Positions 17,333 to 26,822 of a stretch of 41,507 bases of DNA are shown here, one piece after another. The notes beneath the pieces are model-generated. The model did not search any database and was not told the origin of the DNA. It was given only the letters and a program-made list of their open reading frames with translations. The stretch is from Bacteroidota bacterium (GTDB lineage: Bacteria; Bacteroidota; Bacteroidia; Chitinophagales; JACZTA01): contig JACZTA010000002.1 in the NCBI GenBank assembly GCA_022573915.1, forward strand, positions 1 through 41,507, read 5' to 3'. The stretch's first letter is position 1. Every line of letters starts with the position of its first letter. The translations under genes were made by a program, and so were the position numbers.

Positions 17333-18402
17333 CTAAAAATATCTCTTTAGTGACAATATTCGATTTTCAATAAATTTATACGAAATAATAACTACAGCAA
17401 TTGTAAGAATAATATTTTGAAGAAAGTACTGAATCCATAATTCGCCACCAAGGCCTGTTCTTAAGAATAGGCCTTAATAAGCATATAATCCATATGATAT
17501 TTTTCCAATGTAAGAGAGAACTATATTATCAAGAACCGCTACTAATTTCGTAGACTGGTTATAATAAATCCAAACCAAAAAGAGTGCAACCCCAAATGAT
17601 TGAACTAAGAAATAAAGTTTTAATAATACCATCGCAGATTATAATGGAAACAAATACGAAACCACGGCTATTAACAAAAACCAATACTTATTTTTAAACA
17701 GATAAGACCATTTATCCGTATGTACTGCGTTCAAAATTACCAGGTAACTACCAATAAGAACGGGAGCAATTGCAGGGATGAACCATCTATTAGCTTTAAA
17801 ATTTTTAGTTATTTCAAGATTGGGATATAAATAGACTGCAAAAATGCAAAGAATTATTATTGAGTAAAACACAATGATCATGGCTCGATTACTTCTAACA
17901 TAGTTCAAGATCAGGGGCCGTGTAATATAAACTGTTCCTCTAACGCTAATGATCATGTGTGCCCTAATTCCCTGGTATAATGTAGGTATGGAACGAAGTT
18001 GTATAAATAGAAAAACGAAAGTAGAAGCCCAAACGCGGTGGTTTGAATCATACCAAGTTTCATTAAAATAGCAATGGTAATATAAAATATGAGTAATGGA
18101 GGCAGCAGTCTTAGGAATCTACGGGCATAAAAATTTTTAAAATTGACTCTGCTAAATTTACTTTTTTCTGCTAAAACTATTAAGGTTATTAAGAAACCAC
18201 TTAGTGTGAAAAATAATTGAACTCCTGTTCCCCCCGAGATCAATTTCCAAACCCTAATTTGAAATAAGTCGTTGTCGGGTAAGTATATATAAAGTCCCAG
18301 ATGGGTGAGAAGAACAAACGAGATGGCAATACCGCGCAATGAATCAAATCCTCGTATAAACTTCATTTTAGCACCAGGAGTTGAATTCCCACATTTTTTC
18401 AC
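17333..18402 (-). pseudogene. acyltransferase family 3 (OafA/WecH-like membrane O-acyltransferase), multiply inactivated
   Basis: The N-terminus 'FIRGFDSLRGIAISFVLLTHL' is typical of AT3. The conserved 'H-x-W-S-L-x-x-E-E-Q-F-Y' motif reads 'HT*SLALEEQF', with TGA (17953-17955) where Trp is expected. A 1-nt frame shift follows at ~17926-17933. There are in-frame TAA codons at 17639-17641 and 17474-17476, the latter inside 'IGKISYGLYAY*GLFL'. The total span of ~356 codons equals a full-length AT3. Confidence 0.75.
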
Positions 18403-18434
18403 GCGTTACTGTATAGCGTAGGGCTGGATGTCTT

Positions 18435-19355
18435 TTAATCATCGTGAAACTCTCTTACAATATAGATTGGCCGATTCTGAGACTCCACGAATATTCGGTA
18501 TATGTACTCACCAATTATACCCAGGAACAGTAGCTGGACACTTCCGAAAAAGTAGATGCTAAAAAGTGTGGAGGTCCATCCAGAAATGGCGTCGCCGGTT
18601 AATTTTTTATACAAGACCACACCGCCGGCGATAAGCGAAAAAGTTACACCGATCATTCCTAAATAAACGCAAACCCTAATGGGAATATTTGAAAAAGAAA
18701 ATAGCGCATTCATTGCCAGAGTTGTCAACCTTCCGAACCCCATCTTTGTCTTGCCTGCAGCCCTGGCCGAGCGTTCGTATTCTATGTATGATTGCTTGAA
18801 GCCAATGAAATATCTCAGTCCGGGCAGATACCTGTTTTTCTCTTTTAAATCGATAAAAGAATCCAGCGCTCTTCTATTCATAATGCAAAAGTTCCCCACG
18901 TTAACCGGTGCATTTATATTACTCATCCTGCTGAAAATAGAATGAAATAACTTTATCATTATCTTTTTGAAAAACCCTTCATTTCTCGAAATTCTTTTTC
19001 CAAAAACGATATCCAGGTTTTTAGAATTAAGTTTCACGTACATCTCAGCTATCAACTCGGGAGGATCCTGAAGATCACCATCCATCATCACGACGTAGTC
19101 TCCTTTTGTATGATTTAACCCTGCTGTATAAGCGGCTTGGTGACCAAAATTCCTGGAAAGTGATAAGATCTTGAAATGGTTATCCTGTCTATGCCATTTC
19201 ATAAGCAACTCAAGCGTCGAATCTTGGCTACCGTCGTCTACAATAACGACCTCATAGTCATCCGTAATAGCTGATAATGATGACCTGATACTTTCACAGA
19301 GAGAATCGATCAATTCTTCTTCGTTATATACAGGGACAACAACAGACAGTCTCAT
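18435..19355 (-). CDS. GT2 polyprenyl-phosphate glycosyltransferase (ArnC/GtrB/DPM1-like)
   Basis: 306 aa. Motifs are 'LSVVVPVYNEEE', 'VVIVDDGSQDST', 'SRNFGHQAAYTAGL' and 'MMDGDLQDPPE', plus two C-terminal TM helices as in GtrB/ArnC. Confidence 0.8.
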   Translation of the reverse strand: MRLSVVVPVYNEEELIDSLCESIRSSLSAITDDYEVVIVDDGSQDSTLELLMKWHRQDNHFKILSLSRNFGHQAAYTAGLNHTKGDYVVMMDGDLQDPPELIAEMYVKLNSKNLDIVFGKRISRNEGFFKKIMIKLFHSIFSRMSNINAPVNVGNFCIMNRRALDSFIDLKEKNRYLPGLRYFIGFKQSYIEYERSARAAGKTKMGFGRLTTLAMNALFSFSNIPIRVCVYLGMIGVTFSLIAGGVVLYKKLTGDAISGWTSTLFSIYFFGSVQLLFLGIIGEYIYRIFVESQNRPIYIVREFHDD

Positions 19356-19591
19356 TCGGTGCGCTTTTGAATTTTAGGAAGTGAAAATTATGCATTATTT
19401 ATAGGATTCTATAGAAACAATGTTGGCTGTTGATAAAAGATGAAATGTGCTGCACGGTCAAGATTAACAAAACGGGTATAGATATAGCCGGTGTAAATGT
19501 GCTTGGACTTTTTATGAATTCTGACGATAGTATTTGGACATATTATTTTCTGTAGTAGAATAGAGTTCATAAGGGATATATGAAGGAATAA

Positions 19592-21091
19592 CTAATACGC
19601 GTTACTTGAGTTTTCAAATGTCGTTAGTAGAATTAAGTGACCGTTGGATTTTAAAAAAACTGTGTTTGGTGCTTGGTTTTGATTCACTTTTTGAATTATT
19701 TCTTTGTGCTTTCGTAAATAAAGATTGGTCATTAACGCGTCGGTCCATCCGAAATAGATAATTGTATCTCCGGGTAGATAACGCTTGATTATTTCTTTGG
19801 AAACTTGATAGTGTACATTTTTTTCCCGCGGATTCGTCCGCCATGTATTGGCATCTATATATATACCCGTGATTGAGTATGCCATGATGATAATTTGAGA
19901 TCCAATCAGCGAAAATCCCAAAAGTTTCATCCAGCGTTGCATCTTAAAAAGATGAAAAAATGCTATGGCGTATAGCATGGAAAATAAAGGAGCTGAAAAT
20001 ATTACATACTTGGGATAAAATGAGATGGTATGACCTGAAAAGATAGCAAGTAATATGCTCTGAACAATTGGCCCAAGGATTAGGAACAGGAGCAATAGTT
20101 TCATTCTTTTACCCGGGTAGGCGTTCGTAAATCCAATAAACAGAAGTAACAATGGTATCAACAGAAGTGGAGCAATATAGCGCAGTTTTATACCAAAACG
20201 TGTAAAATAATTACCTGAATAGGGGAGGAATTGACGAGTTGATGCCTGGAACATAAGATAGGAGGTTAACTCTTCGGCAAACAGATTAGGATTCTCGTTT
20301 GTTTCTTGCTCGTAGTGGCTACTGCGCTCATTCATATTTCTCAACCCTTCCATACCTCCTTGATCAAGCCAGAATAAAAATCCACCAAGAAATATAAAAT
20401 ATGAGATAAAAAACCTGTAAAAAGTTTTTTTATTTCTGAAGTAAAAAAGAGAATAAGCAACGTGGCCTATCACAACATAGATGGTAAAATAATGTGTTAA
20501 AGCGGCAGCCAATAGAGTCAATCCATACCAGATATAAATCGCTCTGAACTTTGATTTTTCTTCACCTTGTATAATGCGAATAAAAAAATAGGTGGATAAT
20601 AAGGCAAACGTGGTGGCAGCCGTGTAACCCCTGGCGATATGCGACCATTCAACGAGCAGAGGATGCAGAGCACATAAGGCCATTGCAAGCAAGGCAATTC
20701 GTTTTTTAAACCGGAGCGCAAGAGTAATGAGAAAGACAAGTAGCAGATTGAAAAGATCAAATAAAACAGATAATAATCTAACGGAAAAGTCGCTCGTACC
20801 AAAGGCTTCTATCCAGAAATGAAGCATGACGGTATATAACATCGTATTTCCTCTGTCTATTTCAAGATTTTGTTTGATTACTTCTCGTACGGTATTTTTT
20901 TGCCAGTAATGACTGGAATTAAAACTGTCCGTTGCGTAAGATGAAGGGCCGATAAATGCAATTCCTGTTGCATTTGTGATGGAAATTTTCTCATCACCGT
21001 GAATCCCAAATTTATCCAGCGTGTATATCCTTATTATAAAGGCTGCGAGTACTATTAGAACAAGGATTATAATGCTGGAGAGATTTCTCAT
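19592..21091 (-). CDS. GT-C fold membrane glycosyltransferase (ArnT/PMT, GT39/GT83-like)
   Basis: 499 aa and polytopic. The first loop carries 'GIHGDEKIS' (acidic DE motif), followed by 'MLYTVMLHFWIEAFGTSDFSVRLLSVLF', as in ArnT-like enzymes. Confidence 0.7.
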   Translation of the reverse strand: MRNLSSIIILVLIVLAAFIIRIYTLDKFGIHGDEKISITNATGIAFIGPSSYATDSFNSSHYWQKNTVREVIKQNLEIDRGNTMLYTVMLHFWIEAFGTSDFSVRLLSVLFDLFNLLLVFLITLALRFKKRIALLAMALCALHPLLVEWSHIARGYTAATTFALLSTYFFIRIIQGEEKSKFRAIYIWYGLTLLAAALTHYFTIYVVIGHVAYSLFYFRNKKTFYRFFISYFIFLGGFLFWLDQGGMEGLRNMNERSSHYEQETNENPNLFAEELTSYLMFQASTRQFLPYSGNYFTRFGIKLRYIAPLLLIPLLLLFIGFTNAYPGKRMKLLLLFLILGPIVQSILLAIFSGHTISFYPKYVIFSAPLFSMLYAIAFFHLFKMQRWMKLLGFSLIGSQIIIMAYSITGIYIDANTWRTNPREKNVHYQVSKEIIKRYLPGDTIIYFGWTDALMTNLYLRKHKEIIQKVNQNQAPNTVFLKSNGHLILLTTFENSSNAY

Positions 21092-21124
21092 CTGGCTGAT
21101 TGTAGAATTGTTATGGTACCTAAG

Positions 21125-22609
21125 CTATGAATCTGATTTAATAAGATGGGTCTTTCCAAATAAATAAATCAGAAAGGAGGTAGCAAACAATACAAAAAAC
21201 GGGTATAACGGTACGAAATAACGGAACTCTACATTCCTCAAATAAATAGTGATGATAAATATCAGAGACAAAGGCAACAGTGTAAACAGTATTTGCATCC
21301 TCTTTTTTTGCAAATAGATCAAGATCATTCCCATCAAGCCACAAATAATAATAAAGTAATAATAAATGAAATAGCCACCCTTGACGAGGATTTGATGCCA
21401 GGCCATTTGTCTGAACTCAGGAAATAGGAAATGATCTAACCGGCTTTGAAAGAGAAATTTGGAGGTTAGCTTCATAGGTGCCCAGAAATGGTAATACAGC
21501 GGCTTATTTTTTTTAAAAGATCGGACATATTTTTGGATGATCAGAATTGTCTCTTCTTTATAAATCATCCTCTCTTCCAAACTTAGCTCCGGGTTCATCG
21601 ACCTCCAGTATATTTCTCTAAGTACAATTAGAGAGTCGAAATTAAAATCTTCCGTATAAATATTATTAGGGAACGGGTTTTCCGAAGTAAGTTTCGGAAT
21701 ATACCGGGGAGAGTAGGGCGGCACAAACCATTGCCCCTGCGGCTCCCACTTTTTCCACAAGCCTCCCCACGCACTGATCAGGCTTCTTAATTCCACTGAT
21801 TGTGGTGTGTGATTTGAATGGTATGTGAAACTGTCGGGAGGTTGCAAGGGTATGAATTCATCGAACGCTCTGAAATTACGAATGCTCCAGGCAGTCAGGC
21901 TAAGTGTAACGATCATTCCAAAGACAACAATATTTCGAATTTTAACTGCGATCTTAAATATTCTGGCAGACTTGAAGATATACAGAACAGGTACCACAAC
22001 AAAAAATACAATTAATATCGGCCTGAAAAATACGGCCCAACAAAGCAGGGTACCAGCTATAAACCATGGAAGTACTTTTTCTGTTTTAAGTCCGTCAAAT
22101 ACATAATATAAAGCGAAGATCAGTAAAGATGTTCCAAAACTATCAGCCAAACCATAATGAATAAATATCGAAACATACGAGCTGATACCGTACAAGAAGA
22201 AGGCAATACTGAAAGCTGCCTTTTCATTAAATAGTTTTTCCGCGATCCTTGCCAGTACGTAAATAGAAAGAATAGAAGACAAAAATTGCAGAAAAATGAT
22301 TATTGCTTTCGCAGTATCGCTGCCAAGCAATAAATAAAGTGGTCCGTATACTGGCAGAAATCCAGGCATCCTCCCCGCAAATGCTTTCCGGATGACATGT
22401 CCATCATCATAATGTTCAATACTGTATCCTTTTCCATCCATCAAGGCTTCAATAGGTTGGAAGTAAGCATTGGTGTCACCAATCTTAATGAAGATATGAT
22501 TGATAATCCTCTCAGGACTGTTTTGGGTAAAATTTATATTAAGGTAAATGAATAATGCGAGCTGCATTAAAAACGCTATGGAGATCCATTTTATCGCGTT
22601 TCTTTTCAT
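21125..22609 (-). CDS. polytopic membrane protein, probable GT-C glycosyltransferase
   Basis: 494 aa with >10 predicted hydrophobic helices. The first loop is 'GDTNAYFQPIEALMDGKGY', and 'AGRMPGFLPVYGPLYLLLG' resembles the R.PgyP..l motif of ArnT-like GT-C proteins. No MBOAT 'WHisL' signature is present. Confidence 0.55.
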   Translation of the reverse strand: MKRNAIKWISIAFLMQLALFIYLNINFTQNSPERIINHIFIKIGDTNAYFQPIEALMDGKGYSIEHYDDGHVIRKAFAGRMPGFLPVYGPLYLLLGSDTAKAIIIFLQFLSSILSIYVLARIAEKLFNEKAAFSIAFFLYGISSYVSIFIHYGLADSFGTSLLIFALYYVFDGLKTEKVLPWFIAGTLLCWAVFFRPILIVFFVVVPVLYIFKSARIFKIAVKIRNIVVFGMIVTLSLTAWSIRNFRAFDEFIPLQPPDSFTYHSNHTPQSVELRSLISAWGGLWKKWEPQGQWFVPPYSPRYIPKLTSENPFPNNIYTEDFNFDSLIVLREIYWRSMNPELSLEERMIYKEETILIIQKYVRSFKKNKPLYYHFWAPMKLTSKFLFQSRLDHFLFPEFRQMAWHQILVKGGYFIYYYFIIICGLMGMILIYLQKKRMQILFTLLPLSLIFIITIYLRNVEFRYFVPLYPFFVLFATSFLIYLFGKTHLIKSDS

Positions 22610-23773
22610 CTACTCTTTGTTTAGTCGTTCAGAAAATGAGATACTATTTTTACCTAAAAAATCGGCTAGACATTCTGCCAGTAAACTATCACCTCTTTCA
22701 TTAAAATGAAGTGCAATTTCATTCTTATCATATATTTCTCTGTAAGTTTCAGATTCATATCGTTCTATGATTGCGCTGCCAAAGTTTAATACTAAGATAT
22801 TTTCAGATCTTAGGCTACTGATGAGAGGTTCATACCCCCAAACTTCTTTTTTTCTGAAATATTCAAAATCGTGAAAGTGGGGAATAATCGTAACAACCGG
22901 ATATTGATTTCTTTCTTGCGCCAAGTTTGCAAATTTTTTGCAGATCATGGTGGTGATAAGTAACGGCTCTTCCAAGAAATAATAGCGACGGTAATATTCC
23001 CCTCTCACTCGATTAAATTTAAGTCTGGTTTGAAAGTCGATATTAAAAAGCAATTTTCCCATTGAAATCATGTAAGGGAAAGACAGCAACTCTGGTCCGA
23101 ATTTAGCCCCGGGTGCCAATAGATCATGTTGCAGGTAATCCTTTGGTGCGAATCGAAACTTTTCAAATTCCTCCTCTGTTGCAATCAATGTTAATGGAAG
23201 CAAGTCGAGGCCGTCCTTGTCAGTATTTAAAATAAACCTTGGTTTCATAAAAAAGACCTCACCATGATGCTGCATGAGATTTCTTTTAATATCGTCAACA
23301 AAATGATTCAGCACTACGATACTTGAAGAATCGTAGATGTTCTTCTCATATCTGAGAAACGCCTGATCTGTGCCATAAGCAGCTACGCCGTAGTTTGAGA
23401 CTCTGCATGAAAGCAAATTGGAAAGTAGATTGCTCCATGCTTGCTTTGAATTGAGGGAACTACTTTCTGTGTAAGAATCACCGTAGAGTGAGATGCAAGA
23501 GGAAGATAAATCAGGGTTTGGAAAAGAAGGGATGATTCGTGATCCGGTATGATCATAGTATGAAGAATCGCTCAACGTACTTGCTGTTGGCCAGCCTAAG
23601 AGTGGGTCCATTTGCCTCACCCGTTCAGTGTATTCAATATATGTAAGTTGCGGAACCTGATAAAAAATATTCCTCTTTTGAAGCACTCTCCCGGCAAGAT
23701 AACTGCACAACTCCAATAATATAGTCATCAGGGTAATGATAATAATGTAAAAGACTGGTCGTTTAGATCTCAT
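22610..23773 (-). CDS. membrane-anchored SGNH-like protein, divergent third paralog
   Basis: It has the TM helix 'VFYIIIITLMTILLELCSYL'. Block I is 'ISLYGDSYTES', block II 'NYGVAAYG', and the C-terminal motif is 'ALHFNERGDSL', with His retained and the Asp position apparently Ala. The stop abuts the start of the 21125-22609 gene. Confidence 0.5.
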   Translation of the reverse strand: MRSKRPVFYIIIITLMTILLELCSYLAGRVLQKRNIFYQVPQLTYIEYTERVRQMDPLLGWPTASTLSDSSYYDHTGSRIIPSFPNPDLSSSCISLYGDSYTESSSLNSKQAWSNLLSNLLSCRVSNYGVAAYGTDQAFLRYEKNIYDSSSIVVLNHFVDDIKRNLMQHHGEVFFMKPRFILNTDKDGLDLLPLTLIATEEEFEKFRFAPKDYLQHDLLAPGAKFGPELLSFPYMISMGKLLFNIDFQTRLKFNRVRGEYYRRYYFLEEPLLITTMICKKFANLAQERNQYPVVTIIPHFHDFEYFRKKEVWGYEPLISSLRSENILVLNFGSAIIERYESETYREIYDKNEIALHFNERGDSLLAECLADFLGKNSISFSERLNKE

Positions 23774-23779
23774 ATCCTA

Positions 23780-24934
23780 TCAGGTGGTCCTTTTCTTTAA
23801 TTCTCGGATAAGTTTTTTTATCAGGATGTCCCAAAGAAAATCTTTTTGAATTCGTTTTACGGAATGCTGTCTTAGTTTGTCCAGCTCCTTAGGATCCATT
23901 AACACTGCTTCTGTCAGTGCGTTTTTTAATGAGTGTGCATATGGCTTTTCCAGCAACCAGCCGTTACCATTAACTTGTTTCATTACTGACCCAACGTTAT
24001 TTGCGATTATAGCATTTCCCGTCGCCATCGCTTCTAAAATTACCGTTGGCATTCCTTCAGCATGACTTGGACATACCAGAACTTCTGTTTGTAAGATCAT
24101 TCTGCGAATTTTCTTTTCATCGTTGATTTCACCGTGATATATTATCCGCTTGTCCTTTATTCTTTTGTTTTGAGGTATCGGGCCAATGAAATGAAACTCA
24201 AACGGAGGTAAATCTCCTTTTATGAGCTGTTTTAAAACAGTGGTCAATTCTTCAATTCCTTTCCTTCTTTCAAAACGTCCAACAAATATAAATTTTCTCA
24301 GATTCGAAGTTGTTTTTTTGTATGTACCGAGCCAGGACGCTTCAATCCCTATAGGTAGTTCAATAATTCTTGATTTTGAAACCCCTATGTTATTCAGAAT
24401 TCGAGTGATCTTTCCACCAAAAGAGAACACATGATCCGCATTCACAGATATCCATTTCGCTGTCTTCCTGAATAATTGTTGTTCCAATTTTGCTTTTACG
24501 GTTGGTGCATCCTGAAACATTTCATAGCCGTGGAGGTTCACAAAGATGGGTTTATTGATCAAACCTTTTTTGGCTTTTTTGATAAATGTCCATGCTGTAA
24601 ATCCTTGGGCGTAGATCAGATCAAACTTTTTTAGATCAAATTTTAATTCTTCATAGATCTGGCTGGAGTATATTTTATATTCTTTGACATAATGTCCAGG
24701 TAATTTATTCGTTTTGGGAAATTTAAAAGAACTAAAGGTTATGTTCGAAGCCGAATCTTTAGTCATCTTCAAAACCTCAGCCTCATTTTGTGGAGGTTCG
24801 CCAGTATAGATGCAGTGAACAAGATGGACCTTGATATTATTTTTTGTGAAGTACTTAGCCAGGTAATAAGAGTGCTTTTGAATCCCACCCATCACAAAAG
24901 GATAGACCCCGTCAGTAAGTAATAATACTTTCAT
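23780..24934 (-). CDS. glycosyltransferase family 4
   Basis: 384 aa. Evidence is 'FVGRFERRKG' and 'PSHAEGMPTVILEAMATGNAIIANNVG' (E-x7-E). Confidence 0.8.
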   Translation of the reverse strand: MKVLLLTDGVYPFVMGGIQKHSYYLAKYFTKNNIKVHLVHCIYTGEPPQNEAEVLKMTKDSASNITFSSFKFPKTNKLPGHYVKEYKIYSSQIYEELKFDLKKFDLIYAQGFTAWTFIKKAKKGLINKPIFVNLHGYEMFQDAPTVKAKLEQQLFRKTAKWISVNADHVFSFGGKITRILNNIGVSKSRIIELPIGIEASWLGTYKKTTSNLRKFIFVGRFERRKGIEELTTVLKQLIKGDLPPFEFHFIGPIPQNKRIKDKRIIYHGEINDEKKIRRMILQTEVLVCPSHAEGMPTVILEAMATGNAIIANNVGSVMKQVNGNGWLLEKPYAHSLKNALTEAVLMDPKELDKLRQHSVKRIQKDFLWDILIKKLIRELKKRTT

Positions 24935-24953
24935 CTTTTACTGTTTGAAATCT

Positions 24954-25673
24954 TTAAATCCGCTTCGTAATGAAGAATCTAAGATAGCTTAACATGGTCT
25001 GAAACTTTTTCATCTTGGATTTTCCCTTTCTATCCTTGGTGGATAGTAATAGCGGGACCTCAATAATTTTTGCATTCAGCTTGATAGCCTTAATCAGGAT
25101 TTCAACCATACTGATAAATCCCGGCTCAGCAATTATTACCGGATATTTTGCCTTTATCTGCCTTACAAGATCAATTGAGTATACACGGTAGAAAGAGCTT
25201 AAGGTCAGGACCTTGATAGTGAAGAAAATACGCACAAAAAGATTGGCAAAGAATGACACAAACTTTCTGATGAAGTTGGTCTTTTCAAATCCACCTCCCT
25301 GAGAATATACCGATGCCAAAACGAGATTATATCCCAGCCTGGAGATCTTTATCATATCACTTAGTATATTCAGATTGGAAGTATTATCACCTTCAGTTGT
25401 CACAATTATATCTTCGGTACTGCTCGAATGATCCAGTATCCATTCGAAACCCTTATTAAAAGAATAACCAGGGCCTGAGTTTTTTTCATTTTGCAAAATG
25501 GTCACGTCACCTTCTTCAAAAAGTTTTTTTATTTCATCTTGTGTAGCATCATTGGAGCCGTCATCCACAAAGACGTAATGCTTTTGCTCCTCGCCCAGCA
25601 CCTCGTAGAGATCAGTATGCAGTTTTAAGATGTTCTCTGCTTCGTTGTATACCGGTATGAGGAAATAAACCAT
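24954..25673 (-). CDS. GT2 glycosyltransferase, short soluble polyprenyl-phosphate-sugar synthase-like
   Basis: 239 aa. Motifs are 'FLIPVYNEAENI', 'VFVDDGSNDAT' and 'TTEGDNTS' (DxD-like). Confidence 0.7.
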   Translation of the reverse strand: MVYFLIPVYNEAENILKLHTDLYEVLGEEQKHYVFVDDGSNDATQDEIKKLFEEGDVTILQNEKNSGPGYSFNKGFEWILDHSSSTEDIIVTTEGDNTSNLNILSDMIKISRLGYNLVLASVYSQGGGFEKTNFIRKFVSFFANLFVRIFFTIKVLTLSSFYRVYSIDLVRQIKAKYPVIIAEPGFISMVEILIKAIKLNAKIIEVPLLLSTKDRKGKSKMKKFQTMLSYLRFFITKRI

Positions 25674-25679
25674 AGAATA

Positions 25680-26645
25680 TCAATACTGTGTTTTTTGCCA
25701 TTCAATAGCTAAATCTAACCCATCGCTCAGATTATAGTTAGGTTGATAGCCAAGTGCTGATTTGATCTTGTTGATAGAAGGTACTCGCCGCATCACGTCC
25801 TCATAGTTCCCAAATGTTGCATACGGTACGAAATTAATCATTGGTTCAGAATCTTGTCCGTTGATTTTTCCCCAGATCATTTTTGCCAAATCCGCGATCG
25901 CAATTTCTTCTGTAGGTTCCGAGGCGATATTAAAGATTTGATTATTTGCTTTTTCATTTACTATGCACCTTGTTATTCCATCCACCAGATCATCGATGTA
26001 AGTGAAAGTCCTGGTTTGCGTACCGTCTCCATGAAGGTCCATAGCTTCTTTCTTAATCGCTTTTTCGATAAAAACTGATTGTGGGCCTCCCCACCAGGTT
26101 AAATTTTGATTTGGCCCATAGGAACCAAAGAAACGGCAAATGACATAGGTTAGGTCGAACTCATCGTGGTTGGCGATCAATAATTGTTCGGAAAATATCT
26201 TAGAGGTGGCATAAGCCCATCGCTTTATTGTAGTCGGTCCTAACAACAGGTCTGATTCCTCTGTGTATGGAACATTAGGATTTTTACCATATACATCCGA
26301 AGTAGAAGCAAACACCAGTTTGATATTATCCGTTACGCATGTGTTAATCACATTTTTAACCATCAACGAATTATCGTTTAAGGTGACTAATGCATTTGAA
26401 TAACGGGGAATTTTTTGAGATGCTAGATGAACAAGTACATCGCAATCAAATCCATTCAAGGTCTCGGGATCTCTTATATCTCCTTCCGTAAAATTAAATT
26501 GAGCATTGCTTTGCAGTTCTGCAATGTTTTCTTTTTTTCCATAACTGAAATTGTCAATCCCATAAAGGGTGTGCCCATCGTTTACTAATGATTTTGCTAA
26601 ATTTGATCCTATAAATCCTGCAACTCCGGTAATCAATATGTTCAT
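25680..26645 (-). CDS. NAD-dependent extended SDR epimerase/dehydratase, ArnA C-terminal (UDP-GlcA decarboxylase) or UDP-apiose/xylose synthase-like
   Basis: 321 aa. Motifs are 'ILITGVAGFIGSNL' and the catalytic 'KRWAYATSKIFSEQL' (YxxxK). 'DGTQTRTFTYIDDLVDGI' and 'YEDVMRRVPSINKIKSALGYQP' parallel my recollection of E. coli ArnA ('PRWIYSVSKQLLDRV', 'GGKQKRCFTDIRDGIEAL', 'YQDVEHRKPSI'). Confidence 0.75.
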   Translation of the reverse strand: MNILITGVAGFIGSNLAKSLVNDGHTLYGIDNFSYGKKENIAELQSNAQFNFTEGDIRDPETLNGFDCDVLVHLASQKIPRYSNALVTLNDNSLMVKNVINTCVTDNIKLVFASTSDVYGKNPNVPYTEESDLLLGPTTIKRWAYATSKIFSEQLLIANHDEFDLTYVICRFFGSYGPNQNLTWWGGPQSVFIEKAIKKEAMDLHGDGTQTRTFTYIDDLVDGITRCIVNEKANNQIFNIASEPTEEIAIADLAKMIWGKINGQDSEPMINFVPYATFGNYEDVMRRVPSINKIKSALGYQPNYNLSDGLDLAIEWQKTQY

Positions 26646-26683
26646 TGTCTGGAATTATGTTAAAGTGAGTCAAGCCGGACGGG

Positions 26684-26716
26684 CAAACTTAAGAACTTTG
26701 CTTTTAAGAATTCAAA
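26684..26716 (-). promoter_or_regulatory. candidate Bacteroidota sigma-A-type promoter for the minus-strand operon
   Basis: On the minus strand, 'TAAGTTTG' (26691-26684) is an exact TAnnTTTG -7 element lying 38 nt upstream of the ATG at 26645. 'TTTG' (26716-26713) lies 21 nt further upstream as a -33 element. Confidence 0.35.
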
Positions 26717-26822
26717 TGATTAATTAACACCCTTCATTAATCCGGGAAGGTAATGTTCTTTGTTCTGAGTTATTGCTTATATATTCGCGCATGCTCGTGT
26801 AAAATAAATCATAATCTCTTTA

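Noticed and set aside
17953-17955. A TGA sits exactly at the invariant Trp of the AT3 'HxWSL' motif. This raised the idea of TGA-as-Trp recoding or an alternative genetic code.
   Set aside because: TGA ends several well-supported genes in the window, including the WcaF-like gene, the GT4 at 29604-30668 and prs. The same AT3 gene also carries two in-frame TAA codons and a frameshift. Ordinary pseudogenisation explains it.
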